Both the position numbers and the translations under genes were made by a program. This document shows positions 53,384 to 64,000 of a stretch of 64,000 nt of DNA, in pieces (positions within the stretch are counted from its first letter, which is position 1; every line of letters begins with the position of its first letter). Source of the DNA: Dudresnaya verticillata. Its lineage: Eukaryota. Below the pieces are notes generated by a model. That model made no database searches and was not told the origin of the DNA. It saw only the letters and a list, made by a program, of their open reading frames with translations. Location: NCBI GenBank assembly GCA_977862235.1, contig OZ374566.1, forward strand, positions 310,001-374,000, in the 5' to 3' direction.

Positions 53384-54982
53384 ATGGTCGCATCCCCCAT
53401 CCACGGCCTGCATGCGGCGGCCACGCAAGCCGGCGACGGGTCCGCCGTGGTCGCCTGCGTCGGCGCGCTGCACTCGCGCGCCACCGCGCTACTCAACGCC
53501 GCGCTCGCGCTCGACCTGCCGCGCGATCCGCCCCCGGCCGCCGCCCCGCCCCCGCCGCTCACCTCCAAGCTTGCCCCGGCCCCTTCCTCGCCACTGCGCG
53601 TCGCTGCCGCGCCCGCCGGCCCGCTCGCCCTCGGGCTTGAGGAGATCGATACTGCCGACCGCGTGCGCGCTCCGGAAGTCGATGCCGCCCTTCTGCTTGC
53701 TGTTGCGCTCGCTGGAGCCGTCGTCGTCCCCGTTCGCCAGACAGAACTCATCAGGCCCAAGGCCTCTGCCCTTGGCCCTGTGCTCGCCGCCGTCGAGCGT
53801 AGCCTGTCGTTGCGAACTGCTGGGTTAACTCCGCCGCTGCCGTCCCGCAGGTTGTTCATTGTGGCTGTTCGGGAATTTGACGATGAAGAGGTCGAACCGG
53901 AGGAGCTGGAGGCTTTCGTCGACAACTTTCTTTCTGAATCATACGATGCCTTTGACGTGCCGGCTGGCTTTGCTGGCACGCAGTTTGGCGATCTCTTTGA
54001 CTTGCGCTTCCTGCTTATGCCATCGGAGCTTGTTGAGCCTGATTTGTATGAACAGCGCGTACAGACACTTGGTGACATGCTTCGTGCTGCTAACCGGGAC
54101 TACGCCGACGCGGGCATGACTGCGGACCGCCTGCTCGCCACAGTCGAGCGTATCCAATCCGCGGGTACCGAGGACGTTGCCGACGACCTACCTGGCGAGC
54201 GCGAACTTGGTGCCACCTTTGCATGCAATGCCGTTATGACATCCGTCCTGGAGAAGTATCGCGCTACTGCGAAGCAATGGAAGGCTACTGTTGAGACTGG
54301 CCGAATCATCCGCAATTTTGGAAAGGAGAGCGATGCCTTGGTTGATCGCACCGTTATCGTGTTTGACCAGGATGCAGCCGCGCACAAATCCACGCGTGCC
54401 TTTGCTCGGAAGAGGGAGGAACTTAAAAGCGCTTTGCTATCAGACACCTACGCGCTGTTCACAAAGCAAATCCTCAAGCTCCGGGAGGTCGCGTACCAAG
54501 TCTTCCGTGGAAAACTTGCTAGGATTCGTATCAATGATCAAGTGGAGAAGAACGTCCGCGGTGCTGTCAAGGAAGCCGAATTGTATTTTGTGGAGAATGC
54601 TGAATCTCTTCGTTCCAATCTTGGCAACTGGCGTTTTGACAACGAACGTCATGAGCTAGTGAATCACATGCGTGATGACGCTACCGAGAGGTTACAACTC
54701 GCGCGTCTACAAGGGAACTACGTGCCGCCGATGCGGGCGCCAATTGCGTTTGCTTTCCACACTCTTCTTCTGGCGCCATTCGGACGTGATTCTCGGTTTG
54801 CGCATCCCCATGCCGAAGAAATGCAACAATCTTATGATCCTGATAAGGTCAAGAAGGCTGGGTTGATGCGCGCACGGCCTCAGCAACGAAAGTACAAGTT
54901 TTCGGTGGATAGTCGGAATGAAATTGGGAAGGAAATGGTTGACATGTTCGCGGATTTGTTCGAGGATGCTCCTGCTTCTTAG
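53384..54982 (+). CDS. RHD3/Sey1-like protein with degenerate GTPase motifs
   Basis: FIVAVREFD, P.GF....GDLFDL.F..MP......YEQ.V, DLP.E.EL.ATF.C and FG...FDQDA...KR.EL match the Sey1/RHD3 layout. The P-loop position reads VGALHSRATALLN. Confidence 0.65.
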   Translation: MVASPIHGLHAAATQAGDGSAVVACVGALHSRATALLNAALALDLPRDPPPAAAPPPPLTSKLAPAPSSPLRVAAAPAGPLALGLEEIDTADRVRAPEVDAALLLAVALAGAVVVPVRQTELIRPKASALGPVLAAVERSLSLRTAGLTPPLPSRRLFIVAVREFDDEEVEPEELEAFVDNFLSESYDAFDVPAGFAGTQFGDLFDLRFLLMPSELVEPDLYEQRVQTLGDMLRAANRDYADAGMTADRLLATVERIQSAGTEDVADDLPGERELGATFACNAVMTSVLEKYRATAKQWKATVETGRIIRNFGKESDALVDRTVIVFDQDAAAHKSTRAFARKREELKSALLSDTYALFTKQILKLREVAYQVFRGKLARIRINDQVEKNVRGAVKEAELYFVENAESLRSNLGNWRFDNERHELVNHMRDDATERLQLARLQGNYVPPMRAPIAFAFHTLLLAPFGRDSRFAHPHAEEMQQSYDPDKVKKAGLMRARPQQRKYKFSVDSRNEIGKEMVDMFADLFEDAPAS

Positions 54983-55901
54983 CGGCTTTATTTGGGCCCT
55001 TTCTAGAGCTGCGCTATCGTCGTCTGGATGGTGGGATGTACGTGTGGGATGGCATTCTGCAGGGTAACGTGAAGTCTGCAAAGATATTAACTGTAAACTC
55101 AACAGGGACAGATAGACCTGAAGACGTAAACAGGTCTTCTCGATCCTTCTTTCTTTCATTCGAGTTACGCTCAAAGGCTTTCAGTGTTATGGATCTTGGG
55201 ACACCAATTGCATCGGAGGGATTGCAGACCGCTCTCCTAGACGGATTAGACAAGGCTCTGAACAGCATCTATGACCAAGCTCTCGAAGAGAAAAATGCTG
55301 TCGCCTGAGAAGTACGAATAGATGGAGAGTGAAAACGCTCTCAGGGCAAAGGGCAAGTATATTCTCCTTCAAAGAACTCGCAGCCCTGCAAAGAAAAGGT
55401 ACAGTGAACGGCGTCCGCGCCGACTTTAAGGTGCTCACCGGGAAACACTTGAGTTCAAGCTGAACGACTTACCATTACCGAGACTTCTTTCGCATCATGC
55501 TGTTGGAACTATTAGATAGAGCTGTTTATCTTTGTCATTTCATCTGTAATGGGAGAGAAACAAAGAGCCGCTGTTGGGCTTTATCCCTCCCTACGGCCTT
55601 TCGTCCCTTTTTGCTCATTATGCGTCGTGGTTTCTGTGTTTTGCAGTAACTTTTGCCTATTTATTTAGTTACTTTCACCCAACAACCCCTCATGGAAGGA
55701 TCGTGGGAGTCTCAGCGCTTCAGCGCGCGTCAGCGCGACGGAACCGCCTGTCCGGCCGTCTGGCAATGCGTACCAGCCTGTGAGGCGCCCACACTTCTCT
55801 GCTGCTGTCACACCAAATCACCCTAGGCTGCTCTGAGCTCGAAGTAGCAGCCCTGCATTTTCATCCGGAGCGCTCCGCCCTGGACCACTACACGACCAAA
55901 C

Positions 55902-56663
55902 ATGGAAGCAGACCGGTCCGAGCTCGACAGCCCACTCGACCCTGCACTTTGGATTTGGGTACTGATCCCGATCTGGGTCGCGACGCTTCTGATGGGATTA
56001 GTGCGTCGTAACGTGGCAATGCTCGCTGCACAGGAGCCACGCACGGACCTTCACAAGGTGCGCGATGCCAACCGGCTGAAACGCTCGCAAGCGCTGCGGG
56101 CACACGCATTTTCGCTCCCACGGGAGCAGTTCCAGGCACGCCGGCAATACCTTGCGGGTCCCGAAGGCGTGCTGAAGATCCCGAAGAAGGACATGTCCGC
56201 ACTGACCGCTATCATGAACCCGGAGAGCCTGGCTAACCAAGTCACGGCGTTCGTAATATCCATCGTGCCGCATCTGCTGCTCGGTACCTGGGCTCGGTAC
56301 ATGTTTAGTGGCATGGCTGTGTGCCGCTTGCCATTCACGCTGTCGCCTCGCTTTCGCCCCATGCTGCAAAGCGGTATCGAGCTTGCTGGCGACTCTCTCG
56401 ATGTGCGCTACGTAAGTGCGCTGAGCTGGTATGTTTTGAGCATGTTTGGAAACACTGGGCTTTTGTCCATCATCACTCGTGGCGATGCCGAGGACATGGT
56501 GATGACACCTAGTGTAACATCACAGATCGCGACGAACATCAACCCGGACAAGGTTTTCGCTGATGAGCGCCAGGCATTGCAAAAGATGGCTCATCAATGC
56601 AAGATGTCGGAGGCGGAAGATGAATTGTTGTCAGTACGACCCTCTGAGTTTGCCGACTTCTAG
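55902..56663 (+). CDS. EMC3: ER membrane protein complex subunit 3
   Basis: LDP....WVLIPI, RLPFTLSPRFRPMLQSGI and LDVRYVSALSWY...FG. Confidence 0.92.
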   Translation: MEADRSELDSPLDPALWIWVLIPIWVATLLMGLVRRNVAMLAAQEPRTDLHKVRDANRLKRSQALRAHAFSLPREQFQARRQYLAGPEGVLKIPKKDMSALTAIMNPESLANQVTAFVISIVPHLLLGTWARYMFSGMAVCRLPFTLSPRFRPMLQSGIELAGDSLDVRYVSALSWYVLSMFGNTGLLSIITRGDAEDMVMTPSVTSQIATNINPDKVFADERQALQKMAHQCKMSEAEDELLSVRPSEFADF

Positions 56664-56817
56664 GCTTCCTCCTTTATATTAACACTGCGTACGCATCCGC
56701 TCGACACGCCGACCGCATAGGCTTGACTGCAACGTACTTACTTCCCTGCGAATATCCAACTTGATAACTCTGTGGCTCTGTATGTGCTGACATATTGACG
56801 GCGCCCGTACTGCAACG

Positions 56818-59800
56818 TCACACCATAAGGAAAAGTTCATGCCTCTCGTAGCGATCCTTTCCATACTCGTCGTTCTCGTCCTCTTCGATATCAACTGTTG
56901 TTATGCTCGGGTACGATGGTACCAATCCTTCTTGAGCGTACATATATATGCTGTTGTATATCCGCCAGTATACATCCCGGACTTTCCGAGCCGGATGAAA
57001 CAATCCCTGAAGAATGTACATGAGCAGAGTTCCGGGACCCAAGGCAACGGTACAACCCTGTATTGCTGACATTACCGAGTTGATCACATGTGGGCTCGTC
57101 TCGAAAATGTTGGGCCAGAGATGGTTAAGCAGATGGATCAACGAATCTTCCACTCCCAAACCTCTCACACCAAGAGCGAGGTGGCCGACTGCGGAACATG
57201 CTGTTTGTCGATGTACCAAGTCGCGATCGATGAGTGCATCTTCCAGTATTGGAGTTATTGCGTAAATGTAGTCACTTGCCATATCTCGGATGTACTCGAA
57301 GAGAAATGACAGCGATTTCAAGATACCATTTTGCACATGCAACTCTGGGATTCTGTACTCGTTCATTAGCGATGGTAACACCGTGTATGGTTGGCACGTT
57401 TCAGCTACGATAGCAATTGCCACTGTGGTGCATACGCGCTGAGTTCGCTCTTGTACCTTCAGATTATTCAATAGGGTGACCAGTACATTGCTCGGACCTA
57501 TAGCCTTGGCAATGTATCCAAACGTTGATACTGCAGACTTTCTGATGGCCTTGCGGGGCGCCTTCAGTAACTCGAGTAGTTCAAAACATATCCGCATCCA
57601 TTCTTTGTCAGAGATAAACCTCGCGCCTTTGTTGGCAATCTTGCCGACAAGAAGGATGCAATTTTCCTGCACCTTCTCATGTCTGTTCTTCAGAATTGGG
57701 GTGAGGCGCGGCAACAGCTCGTTAATAGGCGGGCGCATCTCATCTATTCCGATTTCCTCAACGATTGCCTTCATAGCATGGAGGATGGAACCGAGGACAT
57801 CTGGGAACTCTTCACCGAGGTACTCGAAAAGAACAGTTCCCATATGCCCCATTAGAACTTCCTCATCACAAGCCTTCATCACTGTCGCAATTCTGGATAT
57901 CAGGTCTGCCGCATGCTCTCTCACCTTTGCATTATTGTTGTTCAGCCGCCACTTCACAATTCCAATGATTTGTTCAAGGTATGGCTTCGCTCTGGTGTCC
58001 AATTTCTCAACAACGATGGCAAGCGCCCGAAGCACTCCACCAGACTCGTTACTGTTGCCTTGGGCCTGGAATGCAAACAAAAGCCCATCCATGAGACGAG
58101 CCTCAAGGCGGTTGTCAATGTCCGTCAGCCCCAGTTTCTCAGTTATCTTCTCCACAGTCTCCACGACCATCCGTCTATACGGGTCCGACTCATCTTTGAG
58201 ATCATCTGCAAGGCGAGCGAGAACAATTGCCCCTCCAATCTTCACAGCGATCTGAAGCGTCGTGTCAACAACAGCGTTGAAATTTCGGCGGTCAAGAGCC
58301 ATTCTCCGAATCCAAAAGCACCTGAAGTATTCAGGAACAACCTCTTCTCGCACGAAACGTGGCTCCACCCCTGAACAAGACACACACTGTTTGACTACTT
58401 TGAGGACCACGGTCTTCATCTCCTCATCTGGGTTCTTAAACTCTCGAATAAGAATCTTGTTAACCTCCCTCGCAAAATGGTTTGCATACTCATCATCCAT
58501 CAGTGGAATAATGAACCCCACTGCCTTTAGGAACGCAGCCAGTGTCTTTCCTTTGTGGTGCCTAACACCATGCCAAAGCGGTTTCAAGACTGGATCAAAA
58601 GACTCGATACCGTAGGGAGCAGAGGCTTCTGCAAGCGCCGCCAATGCATAAGCCGCAATCAGTCTGACCTTTCCCTGCTCATCAATAAGGCCAGGCCTGG
58701 CTATTTCGACCAACTCACGGAGGTGTGGCAGCACTGCCACTCCCATTAGAAGTGCTACCTGCTGTACAATCTTTGTCCCGGTATGCCTCGCTTCCCATGA
58801 CTTTTTGCTTCGGCAAACAGCGCTTAAAAACATCAGCATAGAGGGAATTCCGAGTGCTGATGTTACAACAGCAAAGGCCCTTGCCGTCGTATTCCGTACG
58901 AACTCGTCCGCGTGATCAATGTCTGGTCTCATCGTTGAAATCATGGCTGGGAGACCTGCTGCCTTGGCCAGATTGGAAATGATCTCTCGCCCTTCAACCC
59001 TCGCGTAAAAGTCACCATCTATCAACATTGGTTCAATGACAACCAGAATCTGATGAACATGAGGTCTCACAAGGTCACCCAGTTTGGACAAGATTCTATC
59101 AATGACCTTAACATACAAATGTCTCTCTTGATGTTCGAGTGTCGGTGACATGAGGAGCGGTAGAAGCTGGTCAAAGAGTGGACCCGGTCCAAACTCTCGT
59201 GCGCGGTCGGATATCTGTCGCATTGCTACCTTTCGAACAGACGGAACACCATTCTTAATCTTCAGCAGAAGCCGCATGATTTTCCGCTCAACCTGTTCCT
59301 CCTGCGGCACATCCTCATCTTTCTTGTCCTTGTCAAGAATGCTCGCAAAGTTTGAATAGTCCTCCGGTTTCATCTCTATACCTTTCAACGCGTCCGGTAC
59401 TTCCGCAGGAATTCCTAAGGCATCCCTGCCAATGCCACCTTCAGTCGGCATGACATAGACAGCTGGATGCGATACAGCCGGAGTAGCAAGCAGCATCCTT
59501 GCAGGTGTTCGGACAGGTTGGTAAGACGCAGGCGGCTGCAGAATAACATACCCCTCCGACGGGAGTAGCTCATCAAGCTCCGCATCCGTGAACGGCCGGT
59601 TCCTGATCTCAATATCTGCCTGCCACCTCGACGCCTGAATAACTTCTGGAGCAACAGCCCCATCTCGCATCAGCGGCGTGTCCAAGATAGCAGACCCTGT
59701 CTTCATCAGCGGGGTACGTCCCATTACGCCATGCACAACAGGCGTGGCATCCCAACGCGAGCGCTTGGCAGGGCCCTGTGCAGCAGCCATAGAAGCGGGC

Positions 59801-60666
59801 GTGGCGTCCCACCGCGAGCGAGCGGCCGGGCGCAGCGTGGGAACTGGTGCGTCCCAACGCGACGCACGCGATGCAGCCCCAGGCGCGACTGCCGCTGCCG
59901 CCGCCGCCGCCGCCGCGTTCTCCACACTCGGCGGCTGCGTGTCCGCCATCGGCACTGCACTCTTCGGTGGCCGCGTGTCCGCAGCCGGCATCGCATCCGC
60001 CGGTGGCGGTGGCGCCATCGTGGTAGACCCAGTCACAGCAGATGAGGCCGGCTCCTCGGCGGCCACGTCCCACCTTCTCCGCCGCTTCTGCCGCGGGCGC
60101 GGCTCCGCAAACGTCACCTCCGACGTAGGCGGCTGCGGTGGCGGCGGCTGCGCGGGTGGCAGCGCCGCTTCCGGAGGCTCGCCGTGCGCGGCGGCCTCCG
60201 CAGTAGCGACATCCGGTTCCAGGTCAGCTCGCGCGCGCTCGGCGTGCTCGCGCATGCGTCGGCGCATGAGTTCGACCTGCGACTGACCACCCGCGGCGGA
60301 TTCAACGCGTGCGCGGCGGCGCGCGAGGTAGGCGTTCTCTGTCTGCGCGACGGTCTTGGCGACGGTGTGCTTGAACGGGTCATCGGGGTGGAGTGCGGCG
60401 GCGGCGGCGTCGGCCTCTTCCAGCAGGTGGCGCGGCGCGGAAACCGGGGCGGCAGACGGGTCGTTGACTGCTTGGCGCAGGGCGAGTAGGTCGTCCGGGT
60501 CGGGCTGGCCCGGCGGGAGCGACGGGTCGATCGAGGAGACGTAGCCCGAGCGAACGCGGCGCGGATCGGCGCGGTCGTACAGATGCTCGTCGTAGCCCGA
60601 TACGTCTGTTCCAAAGGCTACGCGCGAGGAAGCGCCTTCCTCTGATGACGGGGGTGGCTTGGACAT
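56818..60666 (-). CDS. SF3B1: Splicing factor 3B subunit 1
   Basis: RWD ULM repeats, [22 protein letters not shown], and HEAT repeats with [26 protein letters not shown] and [10 protein letters not shown]. Confidence 0.97.
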   Translation of the reverse strand: MSKPPPSSEEGASSRVAFGTDVSGYDEHLYDRADPRRVRSGYVSSIDPSLPPGQPDPDDLLALRQAVNDPSAAPVSAPRHLLEEADAAAAALHPDDPFKHTVAKTVAQTENAYLARRRARVESAAGGQSQVELMRRRMREHAERARADLEPDVATAEAAAHGEPPEAALPPAQPPPPQPPTSEVTFAEPRPRQKRRRRWDVAAEEPASSAVTGSTTMAPPPPADAMPAADTRPPKSAVPMADTQPPSVENAAAAAAAAAVAPGAASRASRWDAPVPTLRPAARSRWDATPASMAAAQGPAKRSRWDATPVVHGVMGRTPLMKTGSAILDTPLMRDGAVAPEVIQASRWQADIEIRNRPFTDAELDELLPSEGYVILQPPASYQPVRTPARMLLATPAVSHPAVYVMPTEGGIGRDALGIPAEVPDALKGIEMKPEDYSNFASILDKDKKDEDVPQEEQVERKIMRLLLKIKNGVPSVRKVAMRQISDRAREFGPGPLFDQLLPLLMSPTLEHQERHLYVKVIDRILSKLGDLVRPHVHQILVVIEPMLIDGDFYARVEGREIISNLAKAAGLPAMISTMRPDIDHADEFVRNTTARAFAVVTSALGIPSMLMFLSAVCRSKKSWEARHTGTKIVQQVALLMGVAVLPHLRELVEIARPGLIDEQGKVRLIAAYALAALAEASAPYGIESFDPVLKPLWHGVRHHKGKTLAAFLKAVGFIIPLMDDEYANHFAREVNKILIREFKNPDEEMKTVVLKVVKQCVSCSGVEPRFVREEVVPEYFRCFWIRRMALDRRNFNAVVDTTLQIAVKIGGAIVLARLADDLKDESDPYRRMVVETVEKITEKLGLTDIDNRLEARLMDGLLFAFQAQGNSNESGGVLRALAIVVEKLDTRAKPYLEQIIGIVKWRLNNNNAKVREHAADLISRIATVMKACDEEVLMGHMGTVLFEYLGEEFPDVLGSILHAMKAIVEEIGIDEMRPPINELLPRLTPILKNRHEKVQENCILLVGKIANKGARFISDKEWMRICFELLELLKAPRKAIRKSAVSTFGYIAKAIGPSNVLVTLLNNLKVQERTQRVCTTVAIAIVAETCQPYTVLPSLMNEYRIPELHVQNGILKSLSFLFEYIRDMASDYIYAITPILEDALIDRDLVHRQTACSAVGHLALGVRGLGVEDSLIHLLNHLWPNIFETSPHVINSVMSAIQGCTVALGPGTLLMYILQGLFHPARKVRDVYWRIYNSIYMYAQEGLVPSYPSITTVDIEEDENDEYGKDRYERHELFLMV

Positions 60667-63600
60667 GTTTGGTGGTTGCGGGGGGGTGGTGGTCGGGGCG
60701 TTGGGGGAGCGGGGGCGGAGGCGGAGGGGGAGGGGGGGATGGTGGCAGAGAGAGAGGTGGTAGCGCACAAGGCAGCGAAGCGCGCAAGGCTGCGATAAGC
60801 ATGGCCCGGTGGAGATCAAATATTGGAAACCAAAATTGGGGTGGTGCCTGAAATACTGAATTATTGTGAGTAGAGGGACCCAATCGCAGATCAGAGCACA
60901 GCAGGGATCAAGCGCTCCTTCAGCGGCGCGGGAGGGCTCCTGTACCTCTCCGAACGGACCGCATGATGGTCCGCTCTATCTGCCCCCCCGCGTCCTACCT
61001 TCACCCGCTCCTCTCAAACCTACGGCACCGCCTACTGGGACTGCACCATATCTGATACACTACCTGCCGCGCTCCCTTCTCCCTTCCCTCTCGATCGTCG
61101 CTGCGCCCGCAATTGCATTCTCGTCTGTGCTCCCGCCGCATGTTCACTTGCTTGTTATCTTGTTATGTGCCAACGTCGCTGACTCAGCAATGCCACGTAC
61201 GGCAAAGTAGCGAGCTGGGGTACGGTTTGTGAATGCCGTCTGTGTGCGCACGCATTCGTGTTCCGGGTCTTTGGGGCCATCAACAGCACACGGACTGCAT
61301 GGTAAGAAAGCAAAACGTGGTCTGGCCGCTTCGCATGTGTGCAATATTATACGATTCACCTCGGACCACATTTGCTACTGCCATGGTTTAAAAGTGCATG
61401 TCTATCCCCGCACGCAAGTGGCTCCTATCGACAGCAGCCTCTGCCACACTTGTCGTCCGTGCCGACTCGTGAAAGGCGGTATGTACCGCAGCGTTGCGTC
61501 GTCCAGAAATTGTATCCCACGTTGGGTAGTAGGTAGCATGTATTAAAGCGTTGCAAGAAACAGCCGAAGAACCCGAGCATCTATCAAAAGGACCACTAGT
61601 TACCGGTTCATGCGGAAGCTCCGCATTAGTCAGAACAGGCTCTGTCACTACATTCGCGCTCTGAAACGTACGCGCGAGAATGCCGCCAGCCTCGGGTGAG
61701 AGCATTCCTAGTCGTAGCCGTAAGGGGCTTCGCTATAATCCGCGATGATCCGCGATGAGCGTCGGTGGCAATTGCCACGACCGCGGGGCAAAAAGCGTTA
61801 GCGAGGGTTGCACCTTGACGTGACGTGACGTGCCGACGTCGCAATTCAGGACAGTCGGCGAAGAGAGGCAAACCTGGACAAATCTAGTCGACGCTATCAG
61901 TGACGGCTGCAAACGTGCGACGTCATTTGTTTACGCGAGTCATGAAGCTGCTAGTAACAAGCGCAGTTGCTCTGAAGCGGGAATCCATTGCTTTGAAGAC
62001 TCAATTGCACAAGCTGCAGCTTCTGTAATCTGCAGCTGGAATGCTTCTGGAACCAGCTCAGCGTTCCAGCGGAAGGCTTCCGGGCCGGGAGCACCCTGCG
62101 GAGCGGGGCGCCTCCGCGAAGGGTACTACATATGCGAATGGCACGACGACAGGACCATTCTGCGTGGTTGAGAGAAGCAACTCAACGAGCCGCAGACGTA
62201 TCCTGAAAGGTACCTACAATACCAGACTGGTCAGGAGTGAGCGACGGGCAACTGATGCCTCCGGCAGTGCGCGGAAGGAGAGCAGTTCACACTGCCCAAG
62301 CTGCGCCCTCGACTGATCGTAAAGGCGCGTGCCTGACGTTTCGACACGTACGCGCGAATTTCAGCGCTCCAGGAGTGGAACAAAGCCGCTTTTTATCGCT
62401 CCGCACCAGTTTCTGCACCCTGCAGTCGCCCACACGCAGTTTCAAGCGCGCCCGGCGGGTAAAGCAGCGGGCGGCCATATAGTAATAAACAAGACGTCAT
62501 AGGGCTTCGATTCGATACTGCACTACTGTACTGAACTGTACCAGCGAGTGATCCCGTGTGCAGGCGACGGCGGTGGGGCGGCGGTGGCGGCGGCGGAGGC
62601 GGCCGCGCACGCACACACATCCGCAGTCTGCGCCATTAAGCAGAGCGCCCCGACGCCCAGCACGTAGGCCTCGCCAGTAAATTCTCGCCGCGCGCGCTAC
62701 AGTACGTAAGTTTATTCGCGCCGAAATGGACACTGCTCATTGCGCCCGCCATCCGGCTGATCTGCGCGAAATCTGCAGCAGCTCGCCAAGCGCGTGGGGG
62801 CGGCGAGGACTAGTGACGGCGCGTTTGGCGGGAGCGCAAGGCACGACACCGTCCTTTTGGCCTTTGGGGTCGTCGATACACTTGCGCTTGCGCGGCAGAT
62901 GCTGCTACTGTACAATACAGTACTACTATTTCCACCTTTGGTGGCGTCATTGGAGCAACTGTGCACAGCTCTCATCTTGGCGATCCGCGCGAGTGGCGCG
63001 TGGCGAAGCCGTGGCTAGTGTTGTAACATTAACATGGTAGAGAAGCTGGCGCTCGTGCCCACGTGTGTGTACTGTAGATATCTGGCACTTAAACGTGGCG
63101 AGTGCGTCAGAAGTTGCTTTTGTGCCATGCCAAGAGCTCAACTTCACCTCCTGCGCAGCGTGCTTCGGGCACCTTTGCATCTTCGCCGACTTGCATCGCC
63201 GAAGGTATAGCTTGCAACATTAGATTGCCGCCAGCCTCGTTTAGAGCAGGGGTAAGAATGCGGGACAGTATTGCAACTGCTGCTCAATGACTTGTGTCCC
63301 CGAAGCACACAAGCATGAAACATGCCGTGCTGGGTGGTGGGCTCGGCCTGCGGTACTGAAACTGCTAGCTACCCAGTTACAGTGCCATGCCAAGCACTGG
63401 CGACCTTGTTAAGCACTGGCGCAGGCTGACTGAGAATAAAAATACAGAGAAAGAGAGAGAGAGGCACGAGCTTTGCTTGTTTGCATACACCGACCGACAG
63501 ACTGCAGTTGCCGAGATTACAGCTGGTGTGCGCTGATGGAAGTTAATGCTGACATCGACAGATGCATCGACAGATGTCTGCACAACCAGTACAACTCAGG

Positions 63601-64000
63601 ATATGAAAGAAAGACGACATCTTGTTGGACAAAAAAAAGGCTCATGATGAGCGACCGGGCTGCAATGGGGACTTTGTTCAGCAACGGCTGACCGCCGCGA
63701 ATGAATCAACAGCAATCGTTAGCGTTAGAGCTGAACTTGCAGATCAGTGTTCTGAACTCAGAAATGCTGCCGTGAGAAGAAGCTGCGGTCTTTGCCCTTT
63801 CCTCTTGTCCCGCAGCAGCCGGTCATGATGACAAGCGAAATGGGCCGCGACGGGAGGAGGGACAGTTGTCGCCGGCGCGACCGACAAGCTCAACCAAGCG
63901 GCGTCGAAGCTCCACGAAAGAGACTGCTGAATCCTCGCGTGGGGCCGCGGTGGGGACTGTCGACTGTAATGGCTCGGCTCGCAATTAACGAGAGGGGCAG

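Noticed and set aside
1..64000. CRISPR arrays, tRNA/rRNA genes, prokaryotic operons
   Set aside because: None were seen. Spliceosomal introns and eukaryote-specific genes show this is a eukaryotic nuclear sequence.

Overview
Gene-dense eukaryotic nuclear DNA, most likely from a red alga. This is inferred from a phycobilisome CALM/CaRSP-like protein, plastid-type transit peptides, mostly single-exon genes and a few short GT-AG introns. About 27 protein-coding genes can be supported, mostly housekeeping: RBMX2, NDUFAF3, a kinase, a Stf0-like sulfotransferase, PHO88, RPC31, ASNSD1, THOC6, an HDAC8-like deacetylase, MRPL47, OXA1, an AVEN-like protein, CUL3, a RoxA-like JmjC oxygenase, MOCS3, SNF2/BRM, Cu/Zn-SOD, CDP-DAG synthase, an OEP24-like beta-barrel, a 2H-phosphoesterase, a PPR protein, an RHD3-like pseudo-GTPase, EMC3 and SF3B1. 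The standout is an intronless 1305-aa ORF at 18383-22300. It fuses a stonustoxin-like MACPF pore-forming module, an FN3 domain, a septin/AIG1-like P-loop GTPase and a Cys/His-rich module, and is a candidate self-contained immune or cell-death effector. No tRNA, rRNA, CRISPR array or intact transposon was recognised. All family assignments come from motif recognition by eye, not database searches.
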